The translations under genes were made by a program, and so were the position numbers. A stretch of 64,000 bases of DNA, from contig JBHGNT010000021.1 in NCBI GenBank assembly GCA_043228905.1, forward strand, positions 2,418,001 to 2,482,000. Reading direction: 5' to 3'. Below, piece by piece: positions 25,655 to 36,138 of the stretch. Numbering within the stretch: position 1 is the first letter of the stretch; every line of letters starts with the position of its first letter. The notes below the pieces were generated by a model that did not search any database, was not told the origin of the DNA, and was given only the letters and a program-made list of their open reading frames with translations. Source of the stretch: Azolla caroliniana. Lineage: Eukaryota > Plantae > Polypodiophyta.

Positions 25655-28600
25655 CCTCGGCTGCCGCCGCTGAGGGTCTCGCCATTCCTCTCATGGTTTG
25701 GACGTACGGTCCTGAATTGTACGGAATGCCGACCGTCCTAGCTCTTGACGCGCGCATACACTGAACCGTTGTCCAGCACTTTCGTCTCCATGCGTGTTGC
25801 CGTAATGTATGGCTCGCCGAGAATCACTGGGTGCAAGGATGTTTCATGCACGAAGAAATGTTGATCTATCTTGATGTCACCGACCTTTACGCGTATATTC
25901 GGGCGCGCACCATACAGCTCCTCCATAGCATGTTGTCGAGGTACTCCTCGCGGATGCGTGGAATGAGGCGGGACCTCGGGGTTCTTGTACCGAAGAGCAA
26001 TAGGGAAAGGAGAAGGGAAGGGACCCACTACGTGCGAGCGTAGATCCACAGGGACACGGCCCTTCGACACGAAGACGCCAGCGGGGAAAACAACACAGAG
26101 AGGCACAACGGTATGTAAGTATATATTAACAGAGACAAACAACAAAAGCACGAAGTCGGTTACAACCGAACAGGCCGGTGAACAGATGCCGATGCCTATT
26201 CGCAAACGCTCAGAAAGGAAGGAGTAGGTTGGAGGTGCTGCCGGAAGCACTCGGGCATTCCTCAGAGCAGCGCGAGCCTCACGAAACCTGCACAAAAAGA
26301 AGCTACGGAGAGTATGGAAGAGAGAGAAGCCTTCGACCGACAGCCCGACAGCACTTTGTCCTCTCTCTGATCCCGCCCTCTTCCTCGTCTCCCTCCTTTT
26401 ATAGGCAAGAAGGGAGCCGTTTCCTATTAACTTCCTACCTACCGAATCTACCTACCTAGGATCTTCCATGTCCCTAATTCTCTCTTATGTACAACATAAG
26501 GCGTACGTGCATGAAGAGCCGGTTCCTATGCTCCGGCGCACCGATTCCGCTTGTGGACGGTTTTCTTCACGACATCCGCCCCCACCTAACCGCGCATCCA
26601 CCGGCATGCGCCAAGTTGAGTTGGGACGGAGAAAACCGGTCCAGCCTTCATTCCCCGCCCGTCGGTTCTTCCTCGGTTTCGGATCGTTCGTCGTTCCGGT
26701 CCAAGTTAACCGGATCCGGCTTGTCGTCGTGACGCTTCTTGAACGCTTTGATCCACTTCCCAGCTACTGGTATCGCCATTCTCGTGCCGTCGAGTTCCGC
26801 CAGATGGTACGTCCCGTTGTCGTTGGCGCTTTGTACCACGTAAGGCCCAAACCACCTTCTTGCGAACTTCCGTGTTGCTCGGTGCTGGTTGTCGAGGCTG
26901 CTGTCATAGACTAGCACCCAGTCGCCTTCCTCGATCTTCTTCGGTCGGAACCGGCGCGTCCGGTCGAACCGGGCTTTGTTCCTCGTCCTTGCCACCCGAA
27001 GCTTTCCCGTAGCCTGCTCCACGTCCTCCGGTCTTCGCTCGAGCTGTCATATACGCGCCGCCAACAGTTCCTCCCGGCTCATCTCGTCTCTCCAGTCCAC
27101 GGTTGCCCACGAGGAAATCGTACGTTCCATCGGCATGATCGGCTTCTGCCCAAACATGAGCTCTGCCGGCATGAATCCGGTTACCGAACTGTGCGTAGTT
27201 CGGTCAGCCCACAACGCGTAAGGCAGCAACCGCGGCCAGTTCCCGACTTGCCCCCCGCATGCCCGAACTAACGCCTTGACGATCGGTCCGTGTCCGCGCT
27301 CCACCTTCCCATTCACCTCCGGATTGTACGCAGTGGTAAGCGAGAGCTTGACTCCTAGTCGGTCGAACAGCTCCTCAGCCTCTTCGGCGTCCAACTCCCC
27401 GCGATCAGCCACGATCTTCCCGACGCACCCGTACCGGCATATCACGTCCTCGATCAGGAACCGACATACGGCCGCGGTCGTTTTGTTCTGAAGGGCTCGG
27501 TCTTCCACCTGGTTCGTCAGATCTTCCCGAGCCAGGACCAGATACCGAATCTGTCCTACGCCCATCGGCATCGTCACCAGATCTACCATCCATTTGAAGT
27601 GGATGGTCGGAGGGTACGTAGGGTGAAGCTCGTCCCGATGCCGGACTATGGAGTGCATCTGACAGCTCTCGCAAGTTGTCACGAACCGATGCACGTCCCG
27701 GTACAGTCCCGGCCACCAGTACTTCCCCTTTATCTTCTCGAACGTGGCCCACGTTCCTCAGTGTCCAGCCCAAGGGTTGTCGTGGTAGGCCGTCAGCAGC
27801 TCCTCCTGTTCTTCCTTCATCGCCACCACCTGGAGCGGGACGCCGTTCCTCTTCTTCGGGTGCTTCCATAGGTATCCGTCCCGGAGAAAGAATCGGTATG
27901 CTTTCTTCCGAATCCGATTGGCCTCGTCTCTCGTCCATGACGCATCCGGCGTCATTGTCCTCAAGAAACCACCGATCTGCAGCCACTCGCCGTCATACTT
28001 GCTCTCGTCGAAGCCGTTAAGTGCCGGAGTGCTCGTCCCATCGGTCGTCAGTACGCCGCCTCGAAGAAGTCCATGCCGACTTCTTCGTCCTCCAAAACCA
28101 TGCCGCCCTCGTCATCAAACCTCGCCCTCGAAAGCATGTCGGCCATGGCGTTGTCCTATTCGGAAATGTGCCGTATTTCCGGGTCCAGGGACTTGATGTA
28201 CGATATCCACCTGAGCATCGCCAGGTCCGGTGTCGCGCATCCGAAAACCATGCCGAGAATCGGCAGGCAATCCGTCTCGATAATCACTTCTGTCCCGATC
28301 AGGTAGTCTTTGTCGGCCTTTACTGCCGAAACGATACCCTAGAGTTCGCGTTTAACCTGGGCGTACCCTCGTTGTCGCTCACTGAGGACCTTCGCGCCGA
28401 ATCGGATCGGGAACCGAATGCCGTCCTCATCTTCTTGGTTGACGACCCATCCGATCCCGGTCGGACTCGTATCTACCGTTATGTATACCGGGGTACCCTT
28501 TTCGTAGACAGCCTTCCGGAGCGCCGGTGCTACCGCAAGAGCTTCCTTCAGCTTCCGGACCAACTCCGTGTGCTTGTCTCGCCACTCGAATTTTCGCCCT

Positions 28601-30085
28601 TTCTTCAGCAACTCGTATAGCGGCTCCGCAACGTGGGCGTAATGCGGGATCCATATGTGGTAGAATGCACATGCCCCCAGGAACCTCCGAACTTTCGTAA
28701 CCGAGCTACAGTCGGTCATCATCGCGGAGATGGCTTCTACCTTTGCCGGAGACGGTTTCCGGCCATATGGTCCACATAGGTGTCCGACCACCAGGATTTC
28801 TGATTTCCCGAAGGCCGATTTCTCCCCGGAGAAGGTGAGCCTCGCATCCTCTAGCCTTTGTAGCACCTTCTCGCAGTCGTCGATGTGTGTCGCCACGAAT
28901 CGCCGGCATCCGTCTGGTCCGAGTGTTGCGTCCTTCTCTTCCACCGGGCACCCCTTGATCGGGATGTTGTCTAGAAATGGCATGGTGATGTCCGGGATGC
29001 AATCCCTCAGTACCTTGTTCATTGCATTCACCATGTGGGCCACCGAGTTGGTCCCTCCTTGTGGCAGGGTACACATTCGCACTAGGCCGAGGGGGGGTTC
29101 GCATCGTCGTAATGTCTCTGCTCTCCACGGCTAGCTTGAACTGGTCGTACCCCGAGTACAGATCACCGACCGAGTAAATCGACCTTCCGGCGAAGGCCTC
29201 CGCGAACTCCTCTATGGTCGGTCTGATTCCTGCGTTCCGAATGGTCACTCTGTTGACCGGCTGCAGGTCTTGAATGAAGCGCAATGTTCCGTTTTTCTTT
29301 GGTACGGTAAACCATCGGTTCGAGTATGGGGCACTTGACGGTTCGAGAATGCCCATATCGATTTTCTGCCTCAATAGCTCCATCAACTTCGGGATGTGAG
29401 CTCTCGATACTGGAATCGGCTTGAGATTCCACGGCACATGCAGTACCGTGAATATCACCATCGGCTCCACGATTGTCGGGTCTACGCACCCGATCTCTTC
29501 CGGTGAGAATGCGAAGGCTTTCCCGTGCCTTCCGAGCATTCTCCGAAACCGGTCTTCTTCCGCCGGTAGTAGGAACCCGCCCCCACCGATTTTGAGCTCC
29601 CGGAGCGTCCCGTCGGTGAAGGTGTGTCCTATGCAGACCGGATCTCGTAAACTGGGGTCCGACGCAACCCCTCTGATTCGGGACTCGCTGCCCTCCGGTA
29701 AGGGTGCCGCGACTGGCCTTACCTTCCGGTCCACAGTCTTGTACTTCGTGCTAACTCGGGCCGTCCGATCCGACCGGAGCCCCTGACAGAAGTTCGCGAT
29801 GACTTCGTACATCTCTTCGGAACATACCGGTATCGTCCGGTCTTCGTTAAGGTCTTCTCCGGCTACCTTCCTCAGCATCCCCAAGGTGTCGTCGAAGGAA
29901 ACCGCCTCCACGGCCCCGCTGATTTTCTCGTCCGGGCCGAGAACTCCGCACGCTCGAAGTCGCTCCTCCGCCCTTGCCCTTTCTCGGCCAACGATGCCGA
30001 CTATCATACACCCTCCGTTGTTGGAGAAGCAGAATTTTCTACCTATTTTACAAGGTTTCTTCGGTTTCGGTTCTATCGTACAGCT

Positions 30086-30151
30086 GTGGGGTCTTTCCCG
30101 AGTGTCCGGACTGTCTCGGCCCCACGCCTTGGCAGCCCTCTCTAAAAATCC
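30086..30151 (-). other. Putative -1 ribosomal frameshift cassette of C (G GAT TTT TAG + H-type pseudoknot)
   Basis: The Gag-PR ORF stops at 30142. The -1 frame is open from the slippery site directly into RT ORF 28706-30007. Stem 1 is GGGCUG/CAGUCC and stem 2 is GUGGGG/CCCCAC. Confidence 0.75.
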
Positions 30152-32313
30152 TCTCGGTTCTCGCCACCGAGGGATTCACGGATTCGCTCGTGGTTCGGCC
30201 GCACCGTCAGAAATTGGACCGAATGGCGCCCGTCCTGGCTCTTGACCCTCGCGTAGGCCGAACCGTTGTCCAGCACTTTGGTCTCCATTCTCGCCGCTGT
30301 GATGTATGGTTCCCCTAATATGACCGGATGCGAGGACGTCTCCTGCACGAAGAAGTGTTGGTCAATCTCGACGTCGTCGATCTTGACACGCACATTCGGG
30401 CAGGCCCCGTGCAGTTCCTCGGTGGCGCGCGTCGCCGCCCGTATCTTCCACCCGTGCTTGGTGTTGATCGGCCATTTTCCCCTTTTGTAGAAGTCCATGG
30501 ACATCAGGTTTATTTCCGAACCGTGGTCCACCAGTGCCACCACCGGTTCCTGAACATCTCCGATCTTTACCGGGGTCTCCGTGGTCGCTCGGGCCCAGTG
30601 CGGCCTCGAATAGTGGCTCTCCGCCCACTCACCTTCCAGCGCCAAGTCGTCGATGTGCGTCGTCCGCACCTCCACCGGTCTTTCCGGTTCCGTCTCCGTC
30701 GACAGCCTCTTCCGTTTTACCAAGTCCACAATGGAGTCGTGGAACTCCTTCTTGGCGATCCCTAGCACCTCCCGCAATGACAGCTCCACCTTGCTGTCGA
30801 GGATCCGTTCTTCTAGGACCTTTCGTAGGTCCGTGGTCCTTTCTATTTCCGTCCCCAGTCGGTATCCGCCCTTCTTGGGGTTATCTTGCGCGCTGGACCC
30901 ACCGGCTTCGTTCCGTTGTTGCCCGAATCGAGTCTCGTATCGTTGTGAGGGCCCAGCCGCTCCGGCTTTCCCCACTCGTTTGTCTTCTACCAGAGCCTCG
31001 TAGTTCCAGCAGGCGGCTTCTACGAAGCCTGTCTTCTCCTCGACCGGATCGCTCCACCCGGTTATTTCCCGGACCCGTCTCTCAGCGCGGTCCGTTTCAT
31101 CTTTCCTTAGTCGTGCGTTGCCGACCAAAATCCGTCTTTGCCCTCCTTTCGGGCCTTGCTGCCCCCGACCCGAATGCCGGCCAACGCCGAGTAGTGGATG
31201 ACCTCCACGTGTCGGACCGCTGCCTCTTCCATCAGTCTCTTCATACCTCCCCGCCCGTCGTTTCGGTTTAGGGCCCTTCTGGTGTCGCCGGCGTGCACCC
31301 GGCCTTCCCACAGGTACACCACCCGGTTCCTCAACGCTTCTGCGAAATCGCCGCAGTCCTTCCGGATGTGGCCGACCTCGTCGCACCACATGCACTTGTT
31401 CCCTGCTGCCGGTCGTCGGTCACAAGCCGGTTCGCCGCCTTCCCTTCGAATCTGGGAGATCTGGAGATCCTTTATCGCCCGCATCAACTCCTCCAGCGCT
31501 GCTCCTCCGGATGAGCCATTGACCATGCCGGTCGAAGCCGAACCGGTTTCGAGCCACTCCCGGGTCTCTTCCCTTCGCCCTTGCGGTGCCGGGTCAAGCC
31601 TCCTTGCTATGACCGAGCCCGCACCGGCCGCCCCATTATCAGCCCATTCTCGCCGTTTGTCGAAACGGCCACAGACTCTCTTAACCGCAGCCCAGTCGGT
31701 CGTCAACCCGTCTTCGGTTTCCAGCAAGGAGCCGACTTGATCCCGGTCCCGCTCGTCCACCGACTTGACGAACAGTAGGACCCGGCTCGTATCCAGAATG
31801 GTTCGGTCAAGCGCCGAAAGGCGCGCAAAGCGTTCCTCAAACTCCTGGAGGAGCGCCGACGCGTTTCTTCCCTTGCTGGGGGACTCCACCCATTCCATGA
31901 AGTCCCGTTTCGAAAGCCGGAGCGCGTCGTCTGTTGTCTGTCTGGCCAAACTAGCCTCAACACAGGTGTCTACCCAACACTTCTCCAAAGGGGTGGTAAG
32001 GATTGGATGCTAGGTTACACGCATAAGATGATTACAATTAAGCACGGACGGCAACCAATACGAAATACAGATAAATACACAATAATTACTCTTGTATTAC
32101 TTCCGTCAAAACACTTTACAAATCATCGGATCCTTTTATAGGCATCTGGCAAGGTTACAATCGGTGCGCTTAGGCAACCGACATCCGAATCGGTTCGGAT
32201 CCGGATCGGTACAACTATACCGAATCCGTCCCTCCGAATAATAATTCTACTATTACTTCCTATTATCCGATCCGCCTTCCCACTTGTCCTTGCTCTTTTG
32301 ACCGGCCAACACA

Positions 32314-32329
32314 TGGCACGCCCGTGGGA
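32314..32329 (+). other. Second PBS-like site (TGGCACGCCCGTGGGA, tRNA-Arg-UCU-like) occupying the PPT position of A2
   Basis: Lies 2 nt inside the 3' LTR on the antisense strand, and no purine tract is adjacent to this LTR. Resembles the recalled Tat-type PBS TGGCACGCCCGGTGGGA with one G missing. Confidence 0.6.
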
Positions 32330-32361
32330 AAGTGCCTTGCACTTCGAATCCACACCCGGCC

Positions 32362-34581
32362 TCAGTCTTCCTCCAAAATATTGAGCACACTTTGCTCGAT
32401 AGTGTCAAGTGGTGCTTCTTCCTCCTGTTCCTGTTCCTTGCCTGCCTGGTCTCCGACCTCCTGTTGGGTAGGCTGTTCCGTAAAAAATTTCTGCTCGGGC
32501 TCTGCTTGATTCCGTGGTGCCGGTGCTTCCTCACCGCTTCGTCCGGGTTCTTCCTGTTCTCCCTCCGTTCCTGGCTCTGTTATGTTACCGGTGTCGCTTT
32601 CTCCGGTCTCGACTGGTCGACTTGATATGCCTCCTTCCTCTGCTCTAGTGTCTTCCGGTCTCAGCTCTTCTTCTTCTCCGGCATCGGTCCGCTCCTGCTC
32701 TTCTTCAAGTTCGTCTTCAGGTATTCCTCGTCGGGGTTGTTCGGGGTCGGTTGGTTCATCTTCATCCGGTCGCGTTCCCTCACCAATAGTGGTTGGCGTC
32801 GTTCTTTCCTTAGCTTCCTGTCGTAACCGGTCCTGCTCGTATCTCTCCAACTCCAACTGAGTTGCGAGCTGCCCGTCATCCAACCTCTCTACCAACCCTC
32901 GGATTTCTTTGAGGTGTTCTTCTGCTAAAGTGTAGAAATCCTCCGACAATTCCTCCCGAATGGTGACGATACTTTCTTCATCCATCTTATAGAACCTGTC
33001 ACCGGTCTTCTTCCGATTCTCGGCATCCGCTCGGAGTGTCTGCAGCTCGGCTGCCTGTTGTGACCACTCCTTCCATAGCTTTTCTGTACTTTCGTTGATA
33101 CTTGCCTGAGCTCGGGTACTCCATCCTGACATGATGAGCTTGATCCGGTCAACTCCTGCCTTAGCATGCGCATAAGCTTCCTACTTTTCCTTCCTTGCCC
33201 GTTTTATAATGTCGGCCATTATCTGAGCCTGGGCCTCGTAATCTGCTTTCTGCTTTTCATAGGTACTCTGCAGTTTGCTGATCGTGAAGGTCGATTTTTC
33301 CTTTTCTTCATTCCTGATCTTGGTCAGGTCCAGCTTTTCCCGCCTTAGCGCCTCTAATTCCTTCCTTCTCTCCGTTGCTTGGGCTATTTCCGCCGACAAT
33401 GCTTCCTTGCTAGCACTGACCTCATCCATCGCCTTAGCCAGGTCTAATCGGGTCTCTTTGAGCTGCTCTTTCAGCTTCTCTATTTGCCGGTCGTAGTCTG
33501 CTGCTCGTTTTTTGTTGTCCGACTCGGCCTGCTTGTGATCTCGGTAGAGACGGTCGAAGTCCTCCGTCTTCTGCTTCAGGCGTCGGGTTGCCTGAGCTCT
33601 TAACCGATCGTCCCGGTCCTTCTGTTGTCGGAGTTCTTCCTGCAGTCGTTCTATCTCTTGTTCGGCATGTCGACGTAGTCGGTCCTTCTCCTTCTGCAGC
33701 TTCTCTTTTTCTTCTTGCAGTCGGTCATTAGCGGCTCGACCTTTCCGGAGGCCTTCTTCCATTTTTCGTCTGTCATCCTCCACCGCTTTCCGCTGCTCCC
33801 TTTCTCTTTCCCTTAATGCCTCCTGAGCTTGTAACTCCTCTCGTAAGGTTTCTATTATTTTTTCGGTCTCAGGGCCGGTTTGCAAGGCTACCGGTTCCGG
33901 TTCCGATTCTGGTTGCTTCCTTGTTGTCCCGACCGGCTCGGTGACAGCTTGTGCTTGTTGAATTCCTTCCCTTGCCTGCAACAGCTCCCCTTGCATTTCC
34001 TCGATCTGTGTTCGGAGCGCGACCAACTCCTGAGTTGTTGTATGCGTCAGCTGTTGCCGACACGTTTCTTCTTTCTTTAACTGGTCTGCTACTCCCGATA
34101 ACTGCTCCGAAAGCCATCTCAGCCATTGTGGCTTTGTTCTTCCGATTTCGGGGTGGCCTTGCTCACTTAAGCCAGGCTGATTTTCCGGCCTCTTCTCTGG
34201 CTCCGGCTCCGGCGCTCGTTCCTTCTTCTTCTCTGGGATGACCGGTTTTCTGAAGTCCGGCCCAACCGGTGTCGGTGCTGCTTCCCTGGGTACGGGTTCC
34301 GGTGTTGTTTCCGCCTCGGCTACTGGAGATGGTCCTTGCGCCCTCTGCTGAGTTCTGTCCACTGGTGGAGCCGGTCCTTTCGCCCGTTTCTCCCGACCTT
34401 GTCTTGCTGGGAGTCTTACCAGTGGTTCGGATGAGTCTTCTGTTTCAGTTTCCTCCTCCGGTGCGGGTACCAGATGGACCTTTTGTCTAGAGACCTCTGG
34501 TTCCGGTTCCGGCCGTCGCAGCGTTATATGGATTGGTTTGCACGCTACCGGTTCCTCCTCGGCCGCTTTCCCTTTGCTCAA
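32362..34581 (-). pseudogene. Extra 3' ORF of family A, about 740 aa (Pro/Glu-rich N-terminus, long coiled coil, acidic tail), one in-frame TAG at 33181-33183
   Basis: ORFs 33181-34581 and 32362-33132 are in frame with 16 sense codons between them. E/K/R/Q-rich heptads and no hydrophobic segment. Confidence 0.75.
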
Positions 34582-36120
34582 ATTGTCTGTGAAAAAACCT
34601 GAGGAATCTGGCCTTCAAGGCATCGAATGTGGCAAAGGTGCCTGGCAAGTGCTTTGCGTGCCATTGGGCCGCCGGTCCTTCTAAGGTTATGCCGAATTCG
34701 GAGATTTTGGATCGTTCGGCTTCAGGCTCCGTCAGTCTTTGGGAGATATGGTTGGCTTCCCATGTTTGGAGGAATGCGTACACGTGTGCCTCCGCGTCGG
34801 CCTCATCCCGGTACTTTGGGTATGGGTACGGCATCGTGTCGTCCAACTGACTCTCCTGTTCCCTCCGTTCTCTGTCCGTTGTTGGCGTTGGTGTGAGAAC
34901 CTTTGGTTCCTCCGCGGGTGTTGCCGGTGTCCGGTCCGTTGGTTCCTCCGCGGGTGTTGTCGGAATCCGCTCCTTCGGTTCCCTCGCGGTTGTTGTCGGT
35001 ATCCGGTCAGCCTTCCTCGGCGGTTGCCGGTCACCGAATTCCAGGGTTATTTCTTCCTCTGGCGCCGGTGTTACTGAGTCTTCCGACCCCTCGTCCTCCC
35101 GGTCGTTTGGTGTGTCGTGGCTGCTTTTATACCGGGATGCAACGCTTCCGTCGCTTTCCGACTCCGCCTCAAGTGTTGCGAATGCTTCCGAGTCCCCGTC
35201 GCCCGCGGCGAGCGTCTGCAGTATCGTTTCCGCCTCTTGCAGGCTTGTTATGCTACTGCCTTCGTCGGGGATTTGCAGAACCCGGAACTGTAGTGCTTCT
35301 TCTGCGACTCTCCAAAGAGTTTTGGAGAATGACCGATCCCGCCGGATCTCGTCGACGGCTTGCTGCAGGGCATCCCGTCGTGGTCGCCAAAATAGTGTTG
35401 TCTGTTTGGCCGGACTAGCCTCAACACAGGTGTCTACCCGACACTTCTCCAAAGGGGTGGTAAGGATTGGATGCTAGGTTACACGCATAAGATGATTACA
35501 ATTAAGCACGGACGGCAACCAATACGAAATACAGATAAATACACAATAATTACTCTTGTATTACTTCCGTCAAAACACTTTACAAATCATCGGATCCTTT
35601 TATAGGCATCCGGCAAGGTTACAATCGGTGCGCTTAGGCAACCGACATCCGAATCGGTTCGGATCCGGATCGGTACAACTGTACCGAATCCGTCCCTCCG
35701 AATAATAATTCTACTATTACTTCCTATTATCCGATCCGCCTTCCCACTTGTCCTTGCTCTTTTGACCGGCCAACATCGTCCAGCCCATATTTTTCTAGGA
35801 GTCGGCCCTCGAACTCCTCCCAGGTATGGCTCTCCGCCCGTACCTCGAGCACCTCCGCATGGATGCTCGGCATCGCCACTCGAGGGAACCCGGCAAGACG
35901 CCTCTCTTCCAGAATGTCCTGCATCAGCATTTCTGCCCTGTAGGACGCCAAATACTTCGTGGCATCCTTTCCGCTGAACCGGCCGATCGTACCGACAACC
36001 GCCTCAATGGCTCTGTTGAGGGCGCCGGAGCCCTTGCGTGCGCTCAATATCCGATCCACGGCCGAAGCCATGGCCTCCGCAAGATCCGACCCTTTCATCT
36101 TCTACTCTTCTGCCGCCTCC

Positions 36121-36138
36121 TTCACGTCGGGTTCACCA
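36121..36138 (-). other. tRNA-Trp primer-binding site of C (TGGTGAACCCGACGTGAA)
   Basis: 18-nt complement of the recalled plant tRNA-Trp 3' end UUCACGUCGGGUUCACCA, 3 nt from the LTR. Variants occur in B (about 38635-38652) and D (about 5962-5979). Confidence 0.85.

Larger units (their letters stand above)
31932..35775 (-). mobile_element. Non-autonomous family A element A2 (380-bp LTRs 31932-32311 and 35396-35775; TSD TCGTC)
   Basis: Perfect 5-bp TSD. The LTRs differ at about 6 positions (hand count, all transitions). Retains the gag N-terminus and a 3' extra ORF; pol is absent. Confidence 0.96.

Noticed and set aside
33181-33183. Stop-codon readthrough in the extra ORF (also the TAG at 1337 and TGA at 3658)
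   Set aside because: All are explained by C>T decay of CAG/CGA codons in methylated DNA, and A2 has a sense codon at the 3658-equivalent site.
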